A stretch of 63,952 nucleotides of DNA, filler included, from Octopus bimaculoides (lineage: Eukaryota): assembly GCF_001194135.2 (NCBI RefSeq). It is 8 parts of 7 records of this genome, joined end to end, with 100 filler letters (N's around TTAATTAATTAA, not from the genome) between each part and the next. Parts side by side here need not be neighbours in the genome. Positions count along the whole stretch, not along the records: positions 1 to 19,696 come from NC_068999.1; positions 19,797 to 29,591 come from NC_068986.1; 6 more parts are not named here. The stretch is one strand, 5' to 3'. The notes beneath the pieces were generated by a model. It was not told where the DNA came from and did no database searches. It saw only the letters and a list, made by a program, of their open reading frames with translations. Each line of letters opens with the position of its first letter. Positions within the stretch are counted from its first letter, which is position 1. Below, piece after piece: positions 14,424-26,856 of this stretch. Position numbers and translations under genes: made by a program.

Positions 14424-14464
<41 letters not shown>

Positions 14465-17170
14465 CTAAACACACACGATTCTATAAAAGTGTGTGGCAGT
14501 ATGTGCATGTGTATAAGAAATGTACGAAGGCAGAGACAGAGTGGGATGGACAAAGTTATATTCTTGGCGTGTTCTTATACGTTTCTATCCACTCGTAATT
14601 TTTCTATGAATACTTTAATTCAACATTTCATTTATGTGTCTAGTAAATTCACCATGGCTGTTAACTTTAGCATTCGAATCATTATATACGTACTTTTTGA
14701 AAAAAAATAACATTTTCCCTTCTGGAGTCAACTTAATTCTGAAATAATGGACTAGAATTGATACTTGAATTGAATTTACATACTGTACATGTTTCAACAT
14801 TACTTTCAGCAATTCTAAGTATACTTAAAATGAACTTGTTATCTGTAGCTATTTCAATACTAATCCAGACATCTTACATTTGCAATTAGTGATTTGTTTC
14901 TGCCATCTGAGGTGTCATCATTTATTTATATTACATTACACTAGTGTTCAGAAATAGCTAAGTGCATTACCGTAATAAGCGTAAGGTAGCGTTGAAATGA
15001 AGATGTTGCTTTCAGGATTCTACAAAAAAACTCTTTTTAACTGTTCTTCCATCTTGCATTTTTATACATAAAACCACGCAAGCTTATTTATGGCAGAAGA
15101 TAAAGTGGCATGAAAATCTGGATTAGATGTTAACGAACTTAGTTCTCTTGACACTTCGGTAATTTTATATACATATATATATACAGTATTTTGGGATTAA
15201 TTTTCAGATACAATTTTCAATGTGCATATAGAAATACGAACATACACAGAATCGCGAGCACACGGACAAAAACACACAGTGGACACATACACACACACAC
15301 AGTGGACACATACACACACACACATACACACGCACAGGTAGGCAAGTAAATAAGCATACACTCTCAGACAAATGTTTTCTTTCTCTTGGAGATCATCTCA
15401 ATGAACTCTATGAGAGGCACGTGAAATACGAATGATAGTAACTGGCATTTGCTTTCCTGAAGGAAACCGCCATTAAACTTCGATCGGTCCAGTAGTAGTA
15501 GTAGTAGTAGTAGCAGTAGTAGTAGTTGTTGTTGTTGTTGTTGTTGCAGCAGTAACAGAAAAAGAAAAGGAAATGAGAGGAAATGGGATGAGGCGGTAGA
15601 GAGGAGAGAAAAAAAGTAGACGAAGAAGGAGGAAGAGGAGCAAGAAGAAGGAAGAGGAGCAAGAAGAATGAAGAGGGGCAAGAAGAAGGAAGAGGAGGAG
15701 ACGGAGAAGAATAAGAAGGAGGAGACGAAGAAGAACTAGAAGGAGGAGGATACGAAGAAGAACAAGAAGGAGGAGGAGGAGGAGGAAGAGCATACGTAAA
15801 AGAAGACGAAGAAGGAGACAAAGGATGAGAAGGAGACGATGACGAAGAAGAAGGAGAAGAAAAAGAACAAGAACAAGAACAAGAAGAGCAACAACAACAA
15901 CAATTAGGACGTTGATCTTGAGGATCATTAAGACATTTATGATGACGTACATGATTATGATGACGACGACGACGACGGTGTAGAAATGAAAGGATAAACT
16001 AAAGCCATGTAAAAGAAATGAATATCCATGGATAATGGTGGTATATGGTAGCTGATTATAGTGGAAATGAACACCAGTGTGTACTAAATTAAACTACTGT
16101 TTAATAAATTGCAACGCAACTTCTCCTTTCCTTTATAAAATAACCATTTCAGAATTGTAATCTAGACAGTAAAGATGACTAAGTAAAGACAGAGGGATTA
16201 AATGAAGGTAATATCTTTAGTAAATAATATCAACTATATTATTTTCGATCACACAGCGTTAAACGTAAATGGTGTACGCTAGAAGATGAATGCATTTATG
16301 ATAGTAAGTTAAAATGAGATATATTTGGCACAGCTGTTGAAATATATCGTGAAACAATTCATCAAATTCGGTTGTGAATAAATATATTACACACATTCAC
16401 AAAAACATCCACAGACAGACACACGCGATCGTATATATGGGTATTATCGCAGTGTTATAGGTAACTCGGTGAAATCCACTCCCATCGCCCCACCTCACTC
16501 GTTTAAGCCACATAGCACTCTACATACAATTTTGTAAATTTCAGCCAGCCACATGTCGTGTGATAGAACGGGCTAGATAGATGGTATTTGTTTGCAAAGT
16601 GCTATGATAATTATTCAACGACTGTGTGTCTCTCTCAGTGATCTGCACAGCTAGCGTTAGGAGGATAAATTTGCACTCTGTTTGGAGGGTAATTCTGTAA
16701 AATTTCCCGCATCTTATGACAAACATAAATTTCTCTTTATAACATTACTGAGATTACTCACTGCTGTTAAGCGAAAACTCATAATAGGGCAGAAAATAAC
16801 TTACTGAAGTTTAAATTAAACCACTCATTAACTAAATTTTGAATAATATTATTTCTAAACAGTTTGGCACCTTATTTCTTATAGAAAAATAATCATAATT
16901 TAATTTTTGAGAATTGCACTGAATTTAGATAAAACAACACATTGCTTCTGTATACACTTCTGTCAATTATGTTAAAAAATATTCTCATTGCTTATAACTT
17001 CTTCCTGTTGGAACTAAAATATCTAATCAAACACAGTACGGTTAATGAATTTTGCTTAGCGTTTATTAAAAACACTTTACCAAAAAAATATTTTTGCATG
17101 CTTTTATTCATTTACTTATTATCATTATTCTTGTTGTTGGTGGTGGTGCTGATATTGTAGTTGTTGTTGC

Positions 17171-17233
<63 letters not shown>

Positions 17234-17423
17234 CATTATTATTATTATACAGCAACTTGTTGAACTAAAGGAGAAGTTCAGCAACAGCAGTACCAATCTT
17301 CTGTTCGTTTGCTTTTAATTCACACTAATAACTGCTCTGATGGGGATAGGCATGATTTAGAGACTGTGCTACTTGTATGTTGAATATCTTCTGGGAAGTA
17401 AAGTAACCGGAATACAACGAAGA

Positions 17424-17424
17424 A

Positions 17425-17509
<85 letters not shown>

Positions 17510-17604
17510 TGAGGAAGAAGAAGAAGAAGAAGAAGAAGAAGAAGAAGAAGAAGAAGAAGAAGAAGAAGAAGAAGAAGAAGAAGAAGAAGAAGAAGAAGAA
17601 GAAG

Positions 17605-17635
<31 letters not shown>

Positions 17636-17670
17636 GCAACAACGACAACAGCAACAACAACAACAACAAA
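17424..17670. repeat. Compound trinucleotide microsatellite (AAT)n(GAA)n(CAA)n, representative of dozens of di-, tri- and tetranucleotide tracts
   Basis: Directly visible. Other large tracts at 1-130, 11890-12035, 15490-15975, 17170-17250, 30390-30705, 30805-31020, 37975-38400, 38715-38960, 40270-40930 and 44630-45044. Confidence 0.98.
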
Positions 17671-17724
17671 AGCAGCATCGAAAAATACCTTACGAATGAG
17701 AACTCAAGTTCGAAATTTCCGCAA

Positions 17725-17770
17725 GACACCTGATGAAGGCTTGAGGATATATTAGCCGAAACGTTGTGTT
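17725..17770 (+). ncRNA. Minimal (Penelope-type, dimer-dependent) type I hammerhead motif in a ~190-bp dispersed repeat
   Basis: GACAC-CUGAUGA-A-GGCU(loop)AGCC-GAA-ACGU-U-GUGUU. Helix I is GACAC/GUGUU, helix III is the loopless palindrome ACGU, and the triplet is GUU. Confidence 0.65.
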
Positions 17771-18280
17771 AACAACAAGCAAGATGAGGAAAAGTATCCG
17801 TCAATGTAAATAAGGTAAATAATGTACATATTCCTCAACTCTTAAATATAGAACAGGATTTATATAATACAATTTCAAAATTATTACTTTTTTATATAGA
17901 GTATATATAATGAAAAGTATATTATCACTTCCTCCTTTGATGCTTCAGGTTAATTCTTTTCCTGCTTTAGTAGTATTAAATACAGGCATTATATTCTCTT
18001 GCAATATGTTTCTACTTGTGATGGAGTGTATACAATGTAATTAGTAGTTCAATGATTTCTCGATCCTTAATCAATCTTTGAGTGTAAGCCTGTGCTGTTT
18101 TGCTGCGGTGATATTGCATTCATAGATAAACTTCCTGTTTTCATTTCATCTAATGCTAAATATTTGAAACAACGGGACTTAAACACACTGTAAATGATAT
18201 CTACACATCTATACACTGGAAATAACTTCTCTGCTCCTTATTATAAACGTATTGTCATAACTTTATCTCATATTTTCCAG

Positions 18281-18307
18281 GAAAAGATACGAAGATCCAA
18301 AAGATTT
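18281..18307 (+). other. Candidate 27-nt microexon, probably 5' UTR of the CBM14 gene
   Basis: Acceptor ctttatctcatattttccAG ends at 18280 and a consensus GTAAGT donor starts at 18308. All three frames are open. It lies 1.9 kb upstream of the CBM14 ATG exon, which has a possible acceptor tttaCAG at 20151-20153. Confidence 0.4.
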
Positions 18308-19740
18308 GTAAGTGTCTGCCTTCTAGTCTTATAGCATCAAAAGCTTTGACAAAGAGACAACATGAAATGACAGAAATAATCTGCTTGAATGATAACAAGA
18401 AAATAATTGGTGCTGATATAAAGGAAAGCCTGCAGAAATAGACAAGTGACGATAATAATTTCCTAAGATATAAAATTATATAACGTACTACAGCGAAGCG
18501 AAACTTTCACGTTTTCTTTCAACGCATGAAGTAAACACGTGGAAAGGATATTTGCAATTTATTTTAATAGTAAGATACGACGTCAAAGATAGAGACAGTG
18601 GAGATAATACAGGCAATTTATGTTGAATTAAAGACGCGATATTACATTGAAAACATTTGAAATTATGGTAATATTCAACGCATTTGGTGTGCTGGGAAAT
18701 ATTGCAAACAAAACAAACAAAAAAGAAAAGAAAAAGGAAAAGAATAAAAATTCATTAAATTTATCAAATAACAATGAGATTACCTTTTGTATTAAAATTA
18801 CATGGCAGAAAGCAATTTTAACTCCCCAGAATATAATAAAATACATGCAAGAAGACACCGTCTCGAGCATGCTGCAGATAAAACTTTATCTAGAAATAGT
18901 TTCTTTTATAATATTCTGTATGGTGTGGTGAAGATTTGAATGAGTAAATATCTTTCAGTTGACGGACTCAATTTTCTGCTCTGTACAACAAATTCCGGGC
19001 ATTATTGTTACAAAGTATCCGAGGCGTCTGGCATCTTCACTGGAAACAATAGAAACGCGAAATACCTATGCATTACATTACATTAGCATGAACGTAGGAT
19101 GAAATATATATCAATTACGAGATTAACAATGTAATAAAATGTTAAAGTATTTAACTAATCATTGAGTTATGCTGATTGCAAACACTCCAACGAGGAAATA
19201 CAGGGTTAAAAACAGAATATAAGTCAATCGTATGCCTTACTTCGTCATAGGTACTTCTAAATGGAATATCTGAAGTTCCTTTGCCTACTTCGTTTAGAAT
19301 TGTTTCGGTGAGTGCAAAACAATCAGGCTTGTATTTATCTGCAAATTCATGCGCACACGCGCGCACGAAATGAGCCGGCACACGCGCTCGCACACTCATA
19401 CACACATACAAACACACGCACACAGACATACACCCCACCCCACACACATACACACACAGTCAGACACGCCCGCGCACACACACATCTATATATAAATATA
19501 TATATATATATGCATATGTAAGTGCAGGCGTAGCTGAATGGCAAGAATCATGATTCCGCGCTTGAATCCTCGAAATGAGGAGTAGCTAAACAGCACACAA
19601 CTGATAAAGGGTCCCTTCTCTGTATTAACCTGTCCTGTTTTGTATATCAAGTTATTTCCACAGTTATATACATGCAAGATGTAAGCAAGCATATATNNNN
19701 NNNNNNNNNNNNNNNNNNNNNNNNNNNNNNNNNNNNNNNN

Positions 19741-19752
19741 TTAATTAATTAA
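19741..19752. other. TTAATTAATTAA spacer embedded in N runs (assembly linker)
   Basis: The identical 12-mer flanked by Ns recurs at 29636, 39384, 45469, 53328, 57594 and 62674. It places stop codons in all six frames. Confidence 0.9.
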
Positions 19753-19796
19753 NNNNNNNNNNNNNNNNNNNNNNNNNNNNNNNNNNNNNNNNNNNN

Positions 19797-19851
<55 letters not shown>

Positions 19852-20191
19852 TTGTATATATATGCATGTTAGTATGCGTGGAATGTGTTTTGTGTTTTGT
19901 TCTTCATTGCATAAGTCTTCGTGGCTCAAAAAAACGCTGTATAAAAACGCTGTCTTTCACAAACCTTAGTTTATTTCTTTGTGAAACATTAAAGTGTACT
20001 TCTTTGTGGACTAACTTATGATCTTAACCAAAACAAGAGAAAACCCTCAGAAAACTAAGCAGCCATAAAAAAATTACTTTAGTAATATTTCAAGCATCTT
20101 CAGGCTAATTTGCAAATCAGATCGATATACAATCATATATACATAGTTTACAGTGACAAATACAGTTTCTGGTGTAATACTCACCAACATC

Positions 20192-20471
20192 ATGAGGATC
20201 TTGTGCTTTTTTGTACTTTTAGCGTCTCTCTCCACAATCTTCTGCCAAGATGTGTGGAAACTCTGTCAGGAATTGAGAAAAAATTCATATAACACTCTAG
20301 TTCGCTCGCCTCGAAATTGCAGCATATTCTTCAATTGTTACGCTGGTTTAGCGATTCCATTTCCAATCGTCTGTAATAATGGTCTTGTATTTTCACAAGC
20401 ATACCAAACCTGTGTCTTTAAAAGCAGTCGGTTCAATGATTGTAACCAGGCAGTCTATGGAGGCCGTTACA
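20192..20471 (+). CDS. Coding exon 1 of a secreted two-domain chitin-binding type-2 (CBM14/peritrophin-A) protein: signal peptide plus first CBM14
   Basis: ATG at 20192 starts MRILCFFVLLASLSTIFC/QD, a hydrophobic signal peptide. It is followed by C-x17-C-x5-C-x11-C-x12-C-x9-C, the CBM14 six-cysteine spacing, with a GLVF motif. The exon ends at a consensus donor A|GTAAGT (GT at 20472) in phase 1. Confidence 0.85.
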
Positions 20472-21949
20472 GTAAGTAGGAGGAAATATTTATTCGTTTA
20501 CTTTTACTATTTCATTTATTAATTTAATTTGCAGGAAGACCTGACAAAATGCTTGGCAGCATTTCGTCCGTCTTTACGTTCTTACATAATCGCCTTTTCC
20601 TTTTATTATTTCGGGTCGAAAATATAAGTACCAGTTGAACACTGGTGCTGATATAATCCACTACCCTTCCCTTCAAAATTTCTTATGTTTATAGTAGAAA
20701 GAATTTTAGCTTGCAGAATCGATCGAGATGTGACACAACTGTTTGTGATATTTAACCACGCCTCTCGCTTATATGTTCTCAGTTCAGATCTCGTCCAATT
20801 CGAATTTGCCTTTTATTACACAATGATCGCTAACTCATGTACCAGTTAGTCGTTGTGGATCGATTTGATCAACTACGCTGTCGCTATATATTTCATTAAC
20901 GCGCACTAATGACAGGAATTGTTTTTGATATATTGTATGTCTAATAGGTGTTAAAGTTCTAAGCTATGAAATAAAAACCGTAATTAATTTCGCATAACTT
21001 AATCAAATTGAACAAAAGAAAACCATAAGACAAATATCAGACTTAAATATTAGTACTGCGGTCAATATGTTCGAATAAACTCTTCAAGGAGATGCCCCAG
21101 CATGACCGCAGTCCAAAGATTGAAATAAGTAGCAGATAAAACATAAATGCTTCATATTCAAAAAAAGTAAAACCTGGTCCGTCACCCGCGATCAAGTATG
21201 ACTTGGTGCCATCATGCACCTTACTTTTGACTTATTCTTCTAAATATCCAGGAGGACAAGCAGAAAGAAACACCGTCATCGATAGCTTCCCTCTTAACGT
21301 AATAAACATCCAAGATGTGACAGCTAAAGGCTGAAAAGGATGTACAAGCACTTGACTAGTAATGTATACAGGAGAGATGAAAGAAAAAGAAACCGAGCAA
21401 GGTTTGAGATGAAGTACAGAGTACCGGAACAATTACAGCAGCGCCCACTGTCTGGCTCTCTACTGATTCCACGAGTGGTTTTCCAAACAATAAGACATGT
21501 ATAAATGATTTTTTTATAATTAAGACACAAAGTCATCGGTTCTAAAGGGAGATGATTAGTAGATGCTATCGACCTCATAACATAAGTAACAAGAGCACTC
21601 AGAGAGCGCAAACCTTCGTCAAGGCGACACCGACGTCACTCACAACGATTAGCAGGAGATGATTTTTAAAAATGAGAATATCTGAAATAAACTCGACTGC
21701 TCTCACAAACGAGAATACTAAAATGAACCCGACCGTTCTCAAAAATTAAATGAAAACTTAAGATACGTGCACAACAATGTTCATAGTCAATCTGTGCTCA
21801 GCAGCTTTGCTCTCCGTGCTTTACTTTTGTAACTATAGCAAAAGTTCGTATACGATCACGTACATACTTCACGAAAAGAAAAACGTGTAGGAATGTTTTT
21901 ACATTAGATTTATCCACACATCACGGAATTAACCTCTACATTTATAAAA

Positions 21950-22780
21950 GGTACTCAAAGTGGTGGCCATTAGCTTTCAGACATTTATGAGTACGGCAAA
22001 CTGCTGCCGGGGTTGGCCAAAGTGTCCAGTGGGATTGCTGTACATGCCCTTACAATCTATTCCCGAAGGGCCATCAGTGTAGCCTGTTTTCTGAGATACA
22101 CGACATACTTTCGGATACCTCATGAGGAAAAGCCTGCACGTGGTAAATCAAGACGATGTGCAATAAACGCAACAGCGCCCTCTTCTTACGATCTAGTGTC
22201 CTTGAGAATTCTCATCCGGGTAAGCTCGCACGTAAGGCAGGTAAAATGGACGTGTGTAGGATGTCTAAGTACACTTGACCAGAAAGTGTATCTTCAAGGG
22301 AAACCTCTTGACGGCAATGCACGCTGGACAATGACTTCTGGTAATTCGACTGATTTGTCCACATACAAAAATACAGGGCAAAAAAGGAAAAAAAAAAAGA
22401 AGTTAAAGGCAACTTGTATTAATCATATGTCTAGATTTAGTATTAAAATATTTCTACCTGTTTTTCTTTCCCTGGAGTGTGTATACATTGTTTTGGGTTT
22501 ATATACATTTTTCGGGGACTCTCCTATCTTAGATGAAAGATGGGGATTCCAAAATTTCTTGCTGAACAACTTTCGCAGATGATTTGTTTATAGAGAATAA
22601 ATATTTGTACAATACATTAGCTCACATCCTCCGTCAAATCGGGATTGCCTGTACAGCGGGATGGTGTGCCGCACTTCAGATGTTGAAGTGCTTGCAGAGC
22701 AACGCAAAATGAAAGATTGTGCGCAAAAGCTCACTGCACCACTCGGCAATTGAAACCACGATCGTGAGTACAACATCCTA
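21950..22780 (-). mobile_element. Decayed Tc1/mariner transposase fragment in the CBM14 intron
   Basis: Minus-strand remnants VYLDILHTSILP, YVVYLRKQATLMALRE*IVRACTAIPLDTL and the terminal KCLKANGHHFEYL. Confidence 0.7.
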
Positions 22781-22857
22781 ATCCCTAAGCCCCGCTCCCT
22801 CTCTTATATACATCAATAAATATTTGTGTGTGTATGTGTATAGATAGATATACATGA

Positions 22858-23248
22858 GTGGAGGCGCATTGGCCCAGTGGTTAGAGCAGCGGACTCGCGG
22901 TCATAGGATCTCGGTTTCGATTCCCAGACCGGGCGTTATGAGTGTTTATTGAGCGAAAACACCTAAAAGCTCCACGAGGCTCCGGCAGGGGATGGTGGCG
23001 AACCCTGCTGTACTCTTTCACCACAACATTCTCTCACTCTTACTTCCTGTTTCTGTTGTACCTGTAATTCAAAGAGCCAGCCTTGTTACACTGTGTCACG
23101 CTGAATATCCCCGAGAACTATGTTAAGGGTACACGTGTCTGTGGAGTGCTCAGCCACATGCACGTTAATTTCAAGAGCAGGCTGTTCCGTTGATCGGATC
23201 AACTGGAAACCTCGAAGTCGTAAGCGACGGAGTGTCAACAACAACAAC
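22858..23248 (+). mobile_element. tRNA-derived SINE family A, full length, with 12-bp TSD
   Basis: tRNA-like head GGAGGCGCATTGGCCCAGTGGTTAG with A and B boxes, (CAA)n tail, and TSD AGATATACATGA at 22846-22857 and 23249-23260. Confidence 0.92.
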
Positions 23249-23622
23249 AGATATACATGAATAAATAGTTGTGTTCAACTGGTACATATTTCATCGACCG
23301 TGAAATAATGAACGGTAAAGTCGACCTCGGCGGAATTTGAACTCAGAATGAAGAACGAAATGTTGCTAAGCATTTTGCCCAGTGTGCTAACGATTCTGCC
23401 AACTCACCGCCTTTATATATTCATATATTGATTTTAAATTTTGAAACAAGGCCAGCAATTTCGAGGAAGGCTGTAAGTCGCTCAAGTCGACCCCAGTACG
23501 CAACTGGTACTTATTTTATCGAAAGGATGAAAGGTAAAGTCGACCTGGGCTGAATTTGACTAACAATTCTGCCAGCTCACCACCTTAACTAACTTTAAAC
23601 TAATAACCTTAAATCAGCATGT

Positions 23623-23673
<51 letters not shown>

Positions 23674-23889
23674 CGAATATACATACATATTTTCTTTTGA
23701 ATATATGCATGCGTATGTTTTAGGATTCGATGATTATCTGGCTATCATTTCTAGCAATTACAGCGGTCTCGTGCAATAGTGTTCGGTTGTTGCAATCTAT
23801 TTTTATTTCTTTGTACGCGAAAGTAGTTGATTAACGTATGGATGAAATTCACGAAAGTCAAGAAATAATTTTAATACATACACACATAT

Positions 23890-23924
<35 letters not shown>

Positions 23925-24399
23925 CAGGGTGTCCACAAGGTCTGGGTACATGGAGTAAATAAAATCATAACATAAACAATTAAATATAAAGTATATATAT
24001 ATATAAGACCCCCTTCAGTCATGGCTGATCATGGGATTGCACCTAGAATGTTAGCCACCCAGGCACAAGTCCGGGCAAGGTTGTTTATGGAAGACCGGCA
24101 GTCACCCATGCATACCAGCCTCCCCTCTCCACGCCACCAGTGTTATTTATCCAAGGGAAAGGCAAAGGTCGATACAGCTTGGCATCTGTGACGTCGCAAC
24201 TCATTTCTACAGCTGAGTGAATTGGATCAACGTGAAATAACGTGCCTTGCTAGAACACAACACGCAGCCCGGTCCGAGATTCGAACTCACAACCTCACGA
24301 TCGTAAGCTCGACGCTCTAATTCTAACCTATATGCTGAGAAATAGACGCTAAATCGCATAAAAATCCATGACGGTAAAAAAAATTATTAATTGTTATAA

Positions 24400-25691
24400 T
24401 CTATACTATATATAAAACAGATGTGTGTGTAATCGCTTTTCACGTGAAATCGACTTCACCAAATGCTTCCATACTTGTAATGCATGAATAATTTGACCTC
24501 GGATAAATCTTAGGCTCTTCATTTGATTTTTTTAATTAAAAATAAATAATATTGCTTTATATTTAAGANNNNNNNNNNNNNNNNNNNNNNNNNNNNNNNN
24601 NNNNNNNNNNNNNNNNNNNNNNNNNNNNNNNNNNNNNNNNNNNNNNNNNNNNNNNNNNNNNNNNNNNNNNNNNNNNNNNNNNNNNNNNNNNNNNNNNNNN
24701 NNNNNNNNNNNNNNNNNNNNNNNNNNNNNNNNNNNNNNNNNNNNNNNNNNNNNNNNNNNNNNNNNNNNNNNNNNNNNNNNNNNNNNNNNNNNNNNNNNNN
24801 NNNNNNNNNNNNNNNNNNNNNNNNNNNNNNNNNNNNNNNNNNNNNNNNNNNNNNNNNNNNNNNNNNNNNNNNNNNNNNNNNNNNNNNNNNNNNNNNNNNN
24901 NNNNNNNNNNNNNNNNNNNNNNNNNNNNNNNNNNNNNNNNNNNNNNNNNNNNNNNNNNNNNNNNNNNNNNNNNNNNNNNNNNNNNNNNNNNNNNNNNNNN
25001 NNNNNNNNNNNNNNNNNNNNNNNNNNNNNNNNNNNNNNNNNNNNNNNNNNNNNNNNNNNNNNNNNNNNNNNNNNNNNNNNNNNNNNNNNNNNNNNNNNNN
25101 NNNNNNNNNNNNNNNNNNNNNNNNNNNNNNNNNNNNNNNNNNNNNNNNNNNNNNNNNNNNNNNNNNNNNNNNNNNNNNNNNNNNNNNNNNNNNNNNNNNN
25201 NNNNNNNNNNNNNNNNNNNNNNNNNNNNNNNNNNNNNNNNNNNNNNNNNNNNNNNNNNNNNNNNNNNNNNNNNNNNNNNNNNNNNNNNNNNNNNNNNNNN
25301 NNNNNNNNNNNNNNNNNNNNNNNNNNNNNNNNNNNNNNNNNNNNNNNNNNNNNNNNNNNNNNNNNNNNNNNNNNNNNNNNNNNNNNNNNNNNNNNNNNNN
25401 NNNNNNNNNNNNNNNNNNNNNNNNNNNNNNNNNNNNNNNNNNNNNNNNNNNNNNNNNNNNNNNNNNNNNNNNNNNNNNNNNNNNNNNNNNNNNNNNNNNN
25501 NNNNNNNNNNNNNNNNNNGATTTTTGGCACATCTTCAATTTTCCCCATTCATGAGAGGCGCCCAGCCATCATTCATCTGAGAGTCCATCTACAGAATGTC
25601 CTCAAATTTCTATACAGCATATTTTGCCTTTTTTTCTTCAAGTATATAAGCAACAATTTCATTCCCGAGCAACGCCGGGTGCCTCTGCTAG
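24400..25691 (+). mobile_element. Non-autonomous Helitron spanning the N gap
   Basis: A|TCTATACTATATATAAAA 5' end at 24400. Subterminal hairpin CCCGAGCAACGCCGGG at 25664-25679 and CTAG|T 3' end at 25688-25692, consistent with insertion into an AT site. Confidence 0.7.
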
Positions 25692-26312
25692 TTATACATA
25701 TAATTTCACCTTAATCAATTTCCTTTTATATGCTTTCACTGATAATTTTTTTTTAATAACCTTTATCCTCTATCATATATATATACATGTTGTATCGCAT
25801 ATATTTATATGAATGTGTGCGTGTGTGTCTGAGTGTGTGAAAGTGGGGTATATATATATATATGAATGTATACAAATGTGAGAAATTTGGTCGGTGAATT
25901 CGTGTTTGCTTTTTAATTTTCCAAAACACACATTTACCGTAGAGACACTACTTAACTTTTCCAAGTTTTTATTTATTGCCATCAACCAAACCTATCAATC
26001 ATTTCATTTGTTTATTTTTATCAATTAGTAGATGTATTATTTATTTAATAAAGTCCTACACAGAAAAGAAGTTTTATTTATATACACGTAGCTACAATAC
26101 AGTTATAAACGAAATTATAGACAGAGCGTAAACGGGACTAACCCTGATGTCAAGTGCGCTGTCGTTAGTATCTCGTCTTCTTGTTTCAGCCGATCTCGAA
26201 CGACCTCAAACGAATGACAGCCAAGACACCTATACAAACACACAAATGCATCCGCCTTCTCTTCTTTCACTGATAACTTTTCAGACCTCTGCTTCAATTA
26301 AANNNNNNNNNN

Positions 26313-26350
<38 letters not shown>

Positions 26351-26760
26351 ACATACTTACGTATATACTTAGATACGTACGTACATACATACATACGTGC
26401 ATACATACATACGTATAAACTTATGTATTATACATACGTATGTATTTATACATTTAGTAGAAGTTACATATATTAATTTCACATTTTTGCACAAGGTCAG
26501 CAACTTCGGTGACGTGGCTAAGTCGATTACATCGACTCCAATATTCACCTGGTACTTATTTTATTGACCTCGATGGAATTAGAACTCAGAACATAAAGAC
26601 GGACGAAATGCCGCTAAGCATTTCGTTCGGCGTGTTTATGATTCCGCTAGCTTGTCGCCTTTGAAGTTACATATATTATCAGTCGATCATTTTGATTCGG
26701 CTCCAAACGACTTTCGTGCGAACTGTTTAAACTGTATATAATTATTCATGTAATCAGGGT

Positions 26761-26856
26761 ATCCTTGGTCTGAAGATTAGCTAGCAGATTACTCTCCGTT
26801 TGGATAATTACTACTTCCGAGGGTTCCGCTAGCTATGAAACATATGTAGCCTGGAT
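26761..26856 (+). ncRNA. Type I hammerhead ribozyme motif with intact core, intronic and sense to the CBM14 gene
   Basis: CUGAAGA at 26770-26776. Helix II is 8 bp, UAGCUAGC/GCUAGCUA, above a U-U at position 10.1/11.1. GAAA at 26837-26840, palindromic helix III ACAUAUGU, GUA triplet at 26846-26848. Helix I is AUCC-UU-GGU / GCC-U-GGAU. Confidence 0.75.

Noticed and set aside
19741-19752. Identical TTAATTAATTAA 12-mer recurring seven times, superficially like a regularly placed motif or array
   Set aside because: It is always embedded in N runs and gives stops in all six frames, so it is an assembly or scaffolding linker, not biology.
21230-21560. Possible second decayed Penelope GIY-YIG (MYTGEMK...GLR*STEYR)
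   Set aside because: Only a few motif residues match; insufficient without a database search.
22858-22930. tRNA-like sequences at SINE heads (also at 4365-4440 and 63903-63952)
   Set aside because: They continue into SINE bodies with tails and TSDs, and there is no complete cloverleaf, so they are not tRNA genes.
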